A stretch of 64,000 nt of DNA from an uncultured Methylibium sp. (GTDB lineage Bacteria > Pseudomonadota > Gammaproteobacteria > Burkholderiales > Burkholderiaceae_C). Position 1 is the first letter of the stretch, and each line of letters starts with the position of its first letter. The stretch spans positions 28,214 through 92,213 of the forward strand of contig NZ_CADEFR010000011.1 in assembly GCF_902826655.1 (NCBI RefSeq), in the 5' to 3' direction. Positions 33,443 to 42,753 of this stretch are shown here, piece by piece. The position numbers and the translations under genes were made by a program. Under the pieces are notes generated by a model. The model saw only the letters and a list, made by a program, of their open reading frames with translations, was not told where the DNA came from and searched no databases.

Positions 33443-34663
33443 TCACTTCTTGACCAGCGGGCACTTGCTGTCGGCCAGCTTGGTGTAGGCGTCGTCGCCC
33501 GGGATCTTCTGGATCACGTTGTAGTAGTCCCAGGGCTCGGTCGACGCCGACTGCGCCTTCACCTGCATCAGGTACATGTCGTAGCGGTGGCGGCCGTCCG
33601 GGCCGATCTTGCCGCCCTTGGCGAACATGTCGTTGACCGGCGTGGCCTTCATCTGCGCGATGACCTTGTCGGCGTCGTCGGTCTTGGTCGCCTCGATGGC
33701 CTTGAGGTAGTGCATCGTGGCCGAGTAGTCGCCGGCCTGGATCATCGACGGCATGCGCTTCATCTTCTCGAAGAAGCGGCGGCTCCAGGCACGCGACTCG
33801 GCGCTCTGGTTCCAGTACCAGCCGTCGGTCAGGTACATGCCTTCGGTGGCCTTCAGGCCCAGCGCATGGATGTCGTTGATGAACATCAGCAGGCCGGCCA
33901 GCTTCATCGTCTTGGTGATGCCGAACTCGTTGGCCGCCTTGATCGAGTTGATCGTGTCGCCACCGGCGTTGGCCAGGCCCAGGATCTGCGCCTTGCTCGA
34001 CTGCGCCTGCAGCAGGAAGGACGAGAAGTCGCTGGCCGACAGGGGGTGCTTGACGCTGCCGACGATGGTGCCGCCGGCCTTCGTCACCACCGACGAGGTG
34101 TCGTTCTGCAGCGAGGCGCCGAAGGCGTAGTCGGCGGTCAGGAAGTACCAGGTCTTGCCGCCCGACTTGACCACCGCGTTGCCGGTGCCGTTGGCCAGCG
34201 CGACCGTGTCGTAGGCGTAGTGGATCGTGTAGGGCGTGCAGTCCTCGTTGGTCAGGCGCGCGCTGGCGGCACCGATCGAGATGAAGGTCTTCTTCTTCTC
34301 GGCCGCGACCTTGGCCATGGCGAGGTTGGCGCCCGAGTTGGTGCCGCCGACCAGCATGTCGACGCCCTGCGTGTCGAACCACTCGCGCGCCTTGCTGGCG
34401 GCGACGTCGGCCTTGTTCTGGTGGTCGGCGAAGATGACCTCGACCTTCTTGCCGGCCGCCATGCCCTTCATGTCGGCGACGGCCATCTTGATGGCCTCGA
34501 CGCCGCCGGCGCCGTCGATGTCGGCGTACAGGCCCGACATGTCGGTGATGATGCCGATCCTGACGACATCGCCGGAGACCTGGGCGTGCGCCGCGGTGGC
34601 GGCGACGGTGAGACCGCAGGCCGCGGAGGCGGCCAGGGCAATGCGCTTCAGGACGTGGGTCAT
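33443..34663 (-). CDS. ABC transporter periplasmic substrate-binding protein (Leu/Ile/Val-binding, LivK-like family)
   Basis: 406 aa with a signal peptide, then VRIGIITDMSGLYADIDG and later type-I PBP features. It is embedded in the liv operon. Confidence 0.9.
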   Translation of the reverse strand: MTHVLKRIALAASAACGLTVAATAAHAQVSGDVVRIGIITDMSGLYADIDGAGGVEAIKMAVADMKGMAAGKKVEVIFADHQNKADVAASKAREWFDTQGVDMLVGGTNSGANLAMAKVAAEKKKTFISIGAASARLTNEDCTPYTIHYAYDTVALANGTGNAVVKSGGKTWYFLTADYAFGASLQNDTSSVVTKAGGTIVGSVKHPLSASDFSSFLLQAQSSKAQILGLANAGGDTINSIKAANEFGITKTMKLAGLLMFINDIHALGLKATEGMYLTDGWYWNQSAESRAWSRRFFEKMKRMPSMIQAGDYSATMHYLKAIEATKTDDADKVIAQMKATPVNDMFAKGGKIGPDGRHRYDMYLMQVKAQSASTEPWDYYNVIQKIPGDDAYTKLADSKCPLVKK

Positions 34664-34703
34664 GCAGGTCTCCTTGGGGTGTTGAGCGAGGAAGCGCGTC
34701 CGT

Positions 34704-35423
34704 TCAGACGCTGAGCAACTCGTCGAGCGCTGCCTGTTGGGCGGCGAGCTCGGACGCGGGAAAGGACAGCGCCACGTGGCCGTGCTCGATCACGTGGAAG
34801 TGGTCGGCCAGCGGCGCGGCGAAGCGGAAGTTCTGCTCCACCATCACGATGGTGAAGCCCTGGGCCTTGAGGGCGCGGATCATGCGCGCCAGCGCCTGCA
34901 CGATGACCGGGGCGAGCCCTTCGGAGATCTCGTCGAGCAGCAGGATGTCGGCGCCCGTGCGCAGGATGCGCGCGACCGCCAGCATCTGCTGCTCGCCGCC
35001 CGACAGCCGCGTGCCCTGGCTGGCCTTGCGCTCGGCCAGGTTGGGGAACATCGCGTAGATCTCGGCCTCGCTCATCGCCTTGCCGCGCCCGCCCGGCAGT
35101 CGCGGCGGCAGGTGCAGGTTCTCCTCGGCCGACAGCGAGGCGAAGATGCCGCGCTCCTCGGGGCAGTAGCCGATGCCGAGGTGGGCGATGCGGTGCGTGG
35201 GCAGGCCGATGCTCTCCTGGCCGTGCACCTTGACGGAGCCCTTGCGTGCCCCGGTCAGGCCCATGATCGCGCGCAGCGTCGTGGTGCGCCCGGCGCCGTT
35301 GCGCCCCAGCAGCGTGACGACCTGGCCGCGCGGCACCGTCAGGTTCACGCCGTGCAGGATGTGGCTCTCGCCGTACCAGGCGTTCAGGTCGCGGATCTCG
35401 ATCGCGGGCGTCTCGGTCGACAT
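34704..35423 (-). CDS. livF: ABC transporter ATP-binding protein (LivF-type)
   Basis: Walker A GRNGAGRTT, signature LSGGEQQML and Walker B ILLLDE. Confidence 0.92.
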   Translation of the reverse strand: MSTETPAIEIRDLNAWYGESHILHGVNLTVPRGQVVTLLGRNGAGRTTTLRAIMGLTGARKGSVKVHGQESIGLPTHRIAHLGIGYCPEERGIFASLSAEENLHLPPRLPGGRGKAMSEAEIYAMFPNLAERKASQGTRLSGGEQQMLAVARILRTGADILLLDEISEGLAPVIVQALARMIRALKAQGFTIVMVEQNFRFAAPLADHFHVIEHGHVALSFPASELAAQQAALDELLSV

Positions 35424-35424
35424 G

Positions 35425-36195
35425 TCAGTGCGCGCCCTGCAACTCGGTCGCCTCGGTGCCCATGTAGGCCTCCAGCACCGCGGGATGCTTCGACACCGCG
35501 GCGTAGTCGCCCTCGGCCAGCACCGCGCCGCGCGCCAGCACGGTGATGCGGTCGGCGATGCTGGCGACGACCTTCATGTTGTGCTCGACCATCAGCACGG
35601 TGCGCCCTTCGGCGACGCGCTTGATCAGCCTGGTGACGCGCTCGACGTCCTCGTGGCCCATGCCCTGGGTCGGCTCGTCCAGCAGCATGAGCTCGGGCTC
35701 CATCGCCATGGTGGTGGCGATCTCCAGCGCGCGCTTGCGCCCGTAGGGCAGGTCGACGGCCTTGAGGTGGGCCATGTCGCGCAGGTCGACCAGCTCCAGC
35801 AGCTCGAGCACCTTGCCGTCGAGGCGCTTCAGCTCGCCCAGGCCGCGCCAGAACTGGAAGGAGGTGCCGGTGAAGCGCTGCAGGCCGATGCGCACGTTCT
35901 CCAGCACGCTCAGGTGCGGGAAGACGGCCGAGATCTGGAAGGAGCGGATCACGCCGCGCCGGGCGATGTGGGCGGAGTTCTCGCCGGTGATGTCGTGGCC
36001 GTTGAAGTGGATGCTGCCGCGCGTGGGCGACAGGAACTTCGTCAGCAGGTTGAAGCAGGTGGTCTTGCCCGCCCCGTTGGGCCCGATCAGCGCATGGATG
36101 TGGCCGCGCTGCACCTGCAGGTTCACGCGGTCCACGGCCGTGAAGCCCTTGAACTCCTTCGTGAGGTCGCGCGTCTCGAGGATGAAGTCGCTCAT
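35425..36195 (-). CDS. livG: ABC transporter ATP-binding protein (LivG-type)
   Basis: Walker A GPNGAGKTT, a signature-like YGRKRALEIA and Walker B LMLLDEP. The start is set at ATG 36195 (MSDFILETRDL). The stop is adjacent to the livF start. Confidence 0.92.
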   Translation of the reverse strand: MSDFILETRDLTKEFKGFTAVDRVNLQVQRGHIHALIGPNGAGKTTCFNLLTKFLSPTRGSIHFNGHDITGENSAHIARRGVIRSFQISAVFPHLSVLENVRIGLQRFTGTSFQFWRGLGELKRLDGKVLELLELVDLRDMAHLKAVDLPYGRKRALEIATTMAMEPELMLLDEPTQGMGHEDVERVTRLIKRVAEGRTVLMVEHNMKVVASIADRITVLARGAVLAEGDYAAVSKHPAVLEAYMGTEATELQGAH

Positions 36196-36347
36196 GCGGG
36201 CCGGGTCGACAAGGAGCCGCACTGTAAGCAGCGGTGTTGCGCTGCAACAGGCGGGGTTCCACTTATGCGGGTCTGCGCAGGGTCAACCCGCACCCGCGGG
36301 CGGCCGCGCGCAGCCCGGTCCGCTGGTGCGCGAAGCGTCGTCGCGGC

Positions 36348-38099
36348 TCAGTGCGCCGGCGCTGTCGCGTCGCCGGTTTCGCGCAGCGGAGACCAGGGCT
36401 GCAGTGCGTGCAGCAGCAGCACCACACCTCCCAGCAGCGCGACGACGTCGAAGCCGACCGTCGCCACCGGCCGCAGGCTGTCTGCGCCGACGCCCAGCCA
36501 GCCGGCGATCGTGTCGACGTGGTTGCGCGCATGCATGACCAGCAGCAGCAGCGCGACCCACGGCGCGACGCGCGACAGGCGCCGTGCCGTGCCGCCCAGC
36601 ACCGCCGCGCCGGCCAGCAGGAACACCGCCGAGCCGACGAAGACGAGCGTGAAGAAGATGCTGACGATGGGCCGGGCGGCGCCGGCCAGCTCCTGCCAGG
36701 TCGAGTAGGGCAGCCAGGCCAGGCACATCACCCCCAGCAGGGCCGCCAGGCCGCGGGCGCGCGGCGCCGCGGCGCCATCGGCCGCGTAGCCGCCGTCGGT
36801 ATTGGCCTTGCGCATCAGCGGGATCAGCAGCAGGCAGCTCAGGCCGAAGATCGCGTCGATCACCATCGTCTTCGGATAGCCCCAGGCCTCGATCGCGATG
36901 CCTTGCCAGATCGCCGAGTAGGCGATGGCCAGGTTCATCAGCGCCATGTAGGCGGTGAACTGGGTGCCGGCCACGCGCGGGTTGGTCACGTCCATGTACA
37001 TCGCGGCATTGGTGCCGTACATCAGGCCGTTGACCGCGTTGTAGGCCAGCGTCGCGGTCCAGAAGGCGGCCAGCAGCGCGGCCGGGACCTCGGGGCGGTT
37101 GGCGGCGTCCAGCGCCACCGGCATGATCCAGCCGGCGCCGGCCAGCACGTTGGCCAGGTACAGCACCGGCAGGCCCATCATCGCGATGTAGATGAAGTTC
37201 ATGCGGCGTCGGCCGTAGCGGTCCGACAGGCGGCCGCCGATCACCATGAAGGCCGCGTTGATGCCGCCCGAGCACAGGTTGAGCCAGGCCACCTGGTCGT
37301 CGTCCATGCCCAGCTCCACCGCCAGGTTGGATTGCAGCGCCAGGCCCAGACACATCGCGCCCGGCGGCAGCAGCGCGTAGAACAGCCCGCTGAAGGCGCC
37401 GCGCGAGCCGAGGAAGGACCGGAAGGAGCTGACCGCGAAGTCGCGCATCTCGCGTCCCGCGGCGCGCAGCTTCGGGCCGACGACCGCCGGCCGCGGCGGG
37501 CCGGCCGGCTCGCGCAGCGGCAGCACCACCAGCACGGTCACCGCGAGGATGCAGCCGGCCACGAAGAAGAAGGTCGGCTGGAAGCCCGTGTAGCCCGACA
37601 GGAACAGCACGCCGCTGCCGCCGATCACCTGGCCGATGGCCGCGCCGGCGAACATCAGCCCGTTGGCCAGCCCGCGCTCGTCCTCGTGCAGCGTGTTGAC
37701 GGCCAGCGCGTCGATGGCCACATCCTGCATCGCCGCGAAGCTGTTGTGCACCAGCAGGATCATGGTGAAGAGCGCCAGCTGCTCCGGCAGCTTGAGCAGC
37801 ACGGTGGACATCAGCGTGATCGCCATCATCAGCTGGGTGCCGAGGATCCAGCCGCGGCGCCGGCCCAGGCGGTCGGACGCGAACACGTCGATGAAGGGCC
37901 CGAACGCCCACTTGAAGGCCCAGGGCAGGTAGAACGAGCCGACGAAGAGCCCGATCTCGGCCGGCCCGACGCCCTGGCGCCGCAGCTGGGTCGCGACCGC
38001 GGTGGCTGCGAAGCCCAGCGGCAGCCCCTCGGTCAGGTAGAGGCAGAAGAAGGCGGTGAGGCGGCCACGGGTGGTGGCAAGCAGATTGGGCAGGCGCAT
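36348..38099 (-). CDS. MFS transporter, AmpG/PAT-family-like, with an extra C-terminal membrane region
   Basis: 583 aa. YLTEGLPLGF ... FYLPWAFKWAFGPFID ... RRRGW resembles AmpG-family motifs. Roughly the last 150 aa add further hydrophobic helices. Confidence 0.8.
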   Translation of the reverse strand: MRLPNLLATTRGRLTAFFCLYLTEGLPLGFAATAVATQLRRQGVGPAEIGLFVGSFYLPWAFKWAFGPFIDVFASDRLGRRRGWILGTQLMMAITLMSTVLLKLPEQLALFTMILLVHNSFAAMQDVAIDALAVNTLHEDERGLANGLMFAGAAIGQVIGGSGVLFLSGYTGFQPTFFFVAGCILAVTVLVVLPLREPAGPPRPAVVGPKLRAAGREMRDFAVSSFRSFLGSRGAFSGLFYALLPPGAMCLGLALQSNLAVELGMDDDQVAWLNLCSGGINAAFMVIGGRLSDRYGRRRMNFIYIAMMGLPVLYLANVLAGAGWIMPVALDAANRPEVPAALLAAFWTATLAYNAVNGLMYGTNAAMYMDVTNPRVAGTQFTAYMALMNLAIAYSAIWQGIAIEAWGYPKTMVIDAIFGLSCLLLIPLMRKANTDGGYAADGAAAPRARGLAALLGVMCLAWLPYSTWQELAGAARPIVSIFFTLVFVGSAVFLLAGAAVLGGTARRLSRVAPWVALLLLVMHARNHVDTIAGWLGVGADSLRPVATVGFDVVALLGGVVLLLHALQPWSPLRETGDATAPAH

Positions 38100-38169
38100 G
38101 GTGGGGGTGGTTCCGTGGCCGCGCGATTCTCTTTCAAGGGCGCGTCCGCAGCGGTCTGCAGCCTGATGG

Positions 38170-38688
38170 CTAGATCGGCAAGGCAGTGGTGTTCTTCACT
38201 TCTTCCATCACGGCGTAGGTCCGCGTCTCGCGCACGCCGGGCAGGGCCCAGATGACGCTGGCCAGCATCTCGCGGTAGGCGGCCATGTCGGCCACGCGGG
38301 TCTTGATCAGGTAGTCGAAGCCGCCGGCCACGAGATGGCACTCCAGGATCTCGGGCCGCACCTGCACCGCGGCGCGGAAGCTCTCCATCACGTCGGGCGC
38401 CGTGCGGTCGAGCATCACCTCGATGAAGACCAGCATGCCGGCGCCCAGCCGCGCCGGGTTCAGGCGCGCCTCGTAGCCGAGGATGTAGCCCTCGCGGGTC
38501 AGGCGCTTCACGCGCTCGAGCACCGCGGTCGGCGACAGGTGGACCTGCTGCGCCAGCTCGAGGTTGGTGATGCGGCCGTCGGCCTGCAGCACGCGCAGGA
38601 TGCGCTGGTCGGTGCGGTCCAGGCCCTCGATGGTCCGCACGGACGCTTCAGTGGGCGCTTCGCTGGATTTATGTCGGCTGTTGGCCAT
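38170..38688 (-). CDS. Lrp/AsnC-family transcriptional regulator, divergent from putA (PutR-like position)
   Basis: LDRTDQRILRVLQADGRITNLELAQQVHLSPTAVLERVKRL (HTH) plus a C-terminal RAM/AsnC_trans_reg domain. Confidence 0.9.
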   Translation of the reverse strand: MANSRHKSSEAPTEASVRTIEGLDRTDQRILRVLQADGRITNLELAQQVHLSPTAVLERVKRLTREGYILGYEARLNPARLGAGMLVFIEVMLDRTAPDVMESFRAAVQVRPEILECHLVAGGFDYLIKTRVADMAAYREMLASVIWALPGVRETRTYAVMEEVKNTTALPI

Positions 38689-38756
38689 GTTCTTGGCGAA
38701 AGATTCAAGGCAACTGGTCTTACGCTAACAGGATCGACACCCGACATCCAGCTGCC

Positions 38757-41700
38757 ATGCCCACCGAGTCGCCGCCGCCCGCCCGCCTGCCCTCGCCGCT
38801 GCGCGAGGAGCTCCCTGCCCTGGCCGCCCGCCTGCAGGCGCTGTCCGGTGCGCTGGACTGGTCGCGGGCCCAGGCGCTGGCGCGGCCCTGGGTGCAGGCG
38901 GTCCGCGACGAGCCGGCGCCGTTCTGGGCCATGGAGTCGCTGCTGCGCGAGTACCCGATCTCCAGTGTCGAGGGCCTGGCGTTGATGCGCCTGGCCGAGG
39001 CCCTGCTGCGCGTGCCCGACGCCCAGACCGCGATCGCGCTGACGGCCGACCAGCTGGGCCGCGCCGACTTCGAGTCGGCCGGCGGCGACGGCCCGCACAA
39101 GATGCTGGCCAGCCTGTCGGCCAGCGCGATCGCGCTGTCCAAGAAGTTCCTGCCGGACGAGGAGCGGCCGCCGGGGTTGATCAAGCGCCTGGGCGCGCAG
39201 ACCGTGGTCGCGGCGACCGTGCGCGCGATCCAGCTGCTGGGCCGGCAGTTCGTGCTGGGACAGAGCATCGCCGAGGCCCTGGACGAGGCGCGCGGCCAGC
39301 GCAAGGCGCAGCCCGCGCTGCGCTTCTCCTTCGACATGCTGGGCGAGGGCGCGCGCACCGACGCCGACGCGAAGCGCTACCTCGCGTCCTACCGTCACGC
39401 GCTCCAGGCGATCGCGGCGAGTGCTGCGCCCGGCGCCGGCCCGGAGGCGAACGACGGCATCTCGATCAAGCTGTCGGCGCTGTTCCCGCGCTACGAGGAA
39501 GCGCAGCGCGCCCGCGTCTTCGGCGAGCTGCTGCCGCGCGTGCTGGGCCTGATCGACGACGCGGCGCGCGCCGACCTCAACCTCACCATCGACGCCGAGG
39601 AGAGCGATCGCCTCGAGCTCTCGCTGGACCTGATCGACGCGGCCGCCGCGCACATCGCGGCGCGACACCCGCAGTGGCGGGGCTTCGGCCTCGCGATCCA
39701 GGCCTACCAGACGCGCGCCGAGGAATGCGTGCACGAGGTCGCGCGCATCGCCAAGGCCCACGGGCTGCGCTTCATGGTGCGGCTGGTCAAGGGCGCCTAC
39801 TGGGACGGCGAGATCAAGCGCGCGCAGGAGCTGGGCCTGACCGGCTATCCGGTGTTCACCCACAAGCACCACACCGACATCAGCTACCTCGCCTGCGCCA
39901 AGGCGCTGCTGGACCATGCCGACGTGATCTACCCGCAGTTCGCGACGCACAACGCCGGCACGATCGCGGCGATTGCGCACATGGCGCAGCTGAGGAACGC
40001 GCCCTTCGAGCTGCAGCGGCTGCACGGCATGGGCGAGGGCGTGTACCGCGAGGCGATGAAGTCGCTGGACGCGCCGCTGCGCATCTACGCGCCGGTCGGC
40101 GAGCACCGCGACCTGCTGGCCTACCTGGTGCGGCGGCTGCTGGAGAACGGCGCCAACTCGTCCTTCGTGCATCAGCTCGCCGACCCGCAGGTCGACGTCG
40201 ACGCGCTGCTGGCCTCGCCCCTGCAGCCGGCGGACGCGCCCGGCCAGCCCGCGCCCGCGGCGATGTTCGGCAGCGCGCGCCGCAACTCGGCCGGCGTGGA
40301 CCTCAGCATCGCGGCCGAGCGCGCACCGCTGCTGGCGGCCGTTGGCGCTGCCGCCGTGCCCGAGGTGCGCGAGACACCGACGACGGAGATCGACGCGGCG
40401 ATGCGGCGCCTGCACGCCGGCCACCGGACCTGGAACGACACGCCGCTGGCCGAGCGCGTGGCCGTGCTGGACCGCGCCGCCGACCTGCTGGAGGCCGACC
40501 TGCCTGCGACCTGCGGCCTGCTGGTGAAGGAAGCGCACAAGACGCTGGGCGACTGCGTCGCCGAGGTGCGCGAGGCCGTCGACTTCTGCCGCTACTACGC
40601 GCAGCAGGCGGCCGCGAACCTGGCGCCGCGCGAGCTGCCCGGCCCGACCGGCGAGAGCAACACCCTGCACCTGCACGGCCGCGGCGTCTTCGTCTGCATC
40701 AGCCCCTGGAACTTCCCGCTCGCGATCTTCGCCGGCCAGGTGGTGGCGGCGCTGGTGGCCGGCAACGCGGTGGCGGCCAAGCCGGCCGAGCAGACACCCG
40801 CCGTGGCGCAGCGTTTCGTCGAGCTGCTGCACGCGGCCGGCGTGCCGCGCGAGGCGCTCGCGATGCTGCACGGCCCCGGCGAGACCGTCGGCGCCGCGCT
40901 GGTCGCACACCCGCTGACCGCCGGCGTGTGCTTCACCGGCTCGACCCAGGTCGCCAAGATCATCCAGCGCACGCTGGCGGCCAAGGACGGCGCGATCGTG
41001 CCGCTGATCGCCGAGACCGGCGGCCTCAACGCGATGATCGTCGACAGCAGTGCCCTGCCCGAGCAGGTGGTCGACGCCGTCGTCCAGAGCGCCTTCCGTT
41101 CGGCCGGCCAGCGCTGCTCGGCGCTGCGCCTGCTGTGTGTGCACGGGGCCATCGCCGACGGCGTGATCGCGATGATGGCCGGCGCGCTGCAGGAACTGCA
41201 GCTCGGCGACCCGGCGGACTACGCCACCGACGTCGGCCCGGTGATCGATGCCGAGGCGCACGCCGGCATCGCGCGCCACGTCGAGCGGCTGGACCGCGAG
41301 GCGAAACGGCTCGCGCGACGCAGCCCGCCCGAGGGTCTGGCCGGCCACTACATCGCGCCGGTGGCCTACGAGATCGCACGCGTCGCCGAGCTGAAGCACG
41401 AGGTCTTCGGCCCGGTGCTGCACGTCGTGCGCTGGGGCCCGGGCAGTGCGGCACCGGACGTCGATGCGCTGGTCGGGCAGATCAACGCCCTGGGCTACGG
41501 CCTGACGCTGGGCGTGCAGACGCGCATCGACTCGCGCGCGCAGCGCATCGCGCAGGCGGCGCGGGTCGGCAACGTCTACGTCAACCGCAACATGATCGGC
41601 GCGGTGGTCGGCGTCCAGCCCTTCGGCGGCGAAGGCCTGAGCGGCACCGGGCCCAAGGCCGGCGGGCCGCTCTACCTGTACCGCTTCTGCGGCGAGCAGA

Positions 41701-41762
41701 CGGTGACGGTCAACACCGCGGCGGCGGGCGGCAATGCGGCCCTGCTGGCGGGCATAGACTGA
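38757..41762 (+). CDS. putA: Bifunctional proline dehydrogenase / L-glutamate-gamma-semialdehyde (P5C) dehydrogenase PutA (about 1000-aa form, no N-terminal RHH DNA-binding domain)
   Basis: PRODH barrel blocks (SFDMLGEGA, VRLVKGAYWD, NSSF) and ALDH blocks (FTGST, IAETGGLN, EVFGPVL). Confidence 0.95.
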   Translation: MPTESPPPARLPSPLREELPALAARLQALSGALDWSRAQALARPWVQAVRDEPAPFWAMESLLREYPISSVEGLALMRLAEALLRVPDAQTAIALTADQLGRADFESAGGDGPHKMLASLSASAIALSKKFLPDEERPPGLIKRLGAQTVVAATVRAIQLLGRQFVLGQSIAEALDEARGQRKAQPALRFSFDMLGEGARTDADAKRYLASYRHALQAIAASAAPGAGPEANDGISIKLSALFPRYEEAQRARVFGELLPRVLGLIDDAARADLNLTIDAEESDRLELSLDLIDAAAAHIAARHPQWRGFGLAIQAYQTRAEECVHEVARIAKAHGLRFMVRLVKGAYWDGEIKRAQELGLTGYPVFTHKHHTDISYLACAKALLDHADVIYPQFATHNAGTIAAIAHMAQLRNAPFELQRLHGMGEGVYREAMKSLDAPLRIYAPVGEHRDLLAYLVRRLLENGANSSFVHQLADPQVDVDALLASPLQPADAPGQPAPAAMFGSARRNSAGVDLSIAAERAPLLAAVGAAAVPEVRETPTTEIDAAMRRLHAGHRTWNDTPLAERVAVLDRAADLLEADLPATCGLLVKEAHKTLGDCVAEVREAVDFCRYYAQQAAANLAPRELPGPTGESNTLHLHGRGVFVCISPWNFPLAIFAGQVVAALVAGNAVAAKPAEQTPAVAQRFVELLHAAGVPREALAMLHGPGETVGAALVAHPLTAGVCFTGSTQVAKIIQRTLAAKDGAIVPLIAETGGLNAMIVDSSALPEQVVDAVVQSAFRSAGQRCSALRLLCVHGAIADGVIAMMAGALQELQLGDPADYATDVGPVIDAEAHAGIARHVERLDREAKRLARRSPPEGLAGHYIAPVAYEIARVAELKHEVFGPVLHVVRWGPGSAAPDVDALVGQINALGYGLTLGVQTRIDSRAQRIAQAARVGNVYVNRNMIGAVVGVQPFGGEGLSGTGPKAGGPLYLYRFCGEQTVTVNTAAAGGNAALLAGID

Positions 41763-41766
41763 GGCG

Positions 41767-42600
41767 ATGAGCACCTCGCCCGACCTCCTGCGAGCACCGG
41801 TCGCCTTCATCGGCGGCGGCAACATGGCCAGCGCGCTGATCGGCGGGCTGCTGAAGAGCGGTCGCCCGGCCTCGCAGGTTCTGGTCGTCGAACCGTGGGA
41901 CGAGCAGCGCGCGAAGCTGAAGGCCCAGTTCGGCATCGATGCCGCGGCCGCGGCATCGACGGCGCTGGCGCAGGCCGGCCTCGTGGTCTGGGCCGTGAAG
42001 CCGCAGTCCTTCAAGGAGGCGGCGGCGCCCTGTGCCGCCCACGTGGCCGGCGCGGCCCAGCTGAGCGTGATGGCCGGCATCCGCAGCGACGCCATCGTCG
42101 CCGCGACCGGCAGCGCGCGCGTCGTGCGTGCGATGCCCAACACCCCGGCGCTGATCGGCCGCGGCATCGCCGGCCTGTACGCGCGGCCCGAGGTCGACGC
42201 TGCGCTGCGCACCGCTGTCGAGCATCTGCTTGCACCGACCGGGCAGACCCTGTGGGTCGAGCGCGAGACCGACCTCGATGCCGTCACCGCGCTGTCGGGC
42301 TCCGGCCCGGCCTATGTCTTCCTCTTCATCGAGGCCCTGACGGACGCAGCGCGCGAGATGGGCTTGAGCGATGCCCAGGGCCGTGCGCTGGCGCTGGCCA
42401 CCTTCTCCGGCGCCACGGCCCTGGCCGAGCAGAGCGCCGAGCCGCCGTCGGTGCTGCGCGAGCGCGTCACCTCCAAGGGCGGCACGACCTACGCGGCGCT
42501 CGGCTCGATGCAAGCCGCCGGCGTGCGCGAGGCGATCACCAAGGCGGTGCGGGCCGCGCAACGGCGAGCCGCCGAACTGGGCGACGAGTTCGGCGGCTGA
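41767..42600 (+). CDS. proC: Pyrroline-5-carboxylate reductase ProC
   Basis: VAFIGGGNMASALIGGL, MPNTPALIG, SGSGPAYVF and VTSKGGTT. The ATG lies 4 nt after the putA TGA, with GAGG inside the junction. Confidence 0.93.
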   Translation: MSTSPDLLRAPVAFIGGGNMASALIGGLLKSGRPASQVLVVEPWDEQRAKLKAQFGIDAAAAASTALAQAGLVVWAVKPQSFKEAAAPCAAHVAGAAQLSVMAGIRSDAIVAATGSARVVRAMPNTPALIGRGIAGLYARPEVDAALRTAVEHLLAPTGQTLWVERETDLDAVTALSGSGPAYVFLFIEALTDAAREMGLSDAQGRALALATFSGATALAEQSAEPPSVLRERVTSKGGTTYAALGSMQAAGVREAITKAVRAAQRRAAELGDEFGG

Positions 42601-42753
42601 GCCGCAGCCCGTCCGGTGGCATGAGCCGCGCTTCCGGCCGGCATGCAAACCCGGCATGAACCCGGTGTGCGCAGGCGCGTCCCGGCGCCTAAAGTCCCGC
42701 CAGCCGCCACACCCGCGCGGCCCCCTGTCGAGACGACCCCACAAGGACCCCGC

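Noticed and set aside
36243-36261. Sigma-54-like TGGAAC ... TTGCA on the minus strand upstream of the liv operon
   Set aside because: The GG-to-GC spacing is 15 nt rather than the obligatory 12 nt.
38508-42287. 1259-aa ORF on the minus strand, antisense to putA/proC
   Set aside because: The translation is dominated by Arg/Ala/Gly/Pro/Asp with no recognisable motif. It lies exactly opposite a full-length, motif-rich PutA. This is a typical stop-codon-poor antisense frame in very GC-rich DNA.
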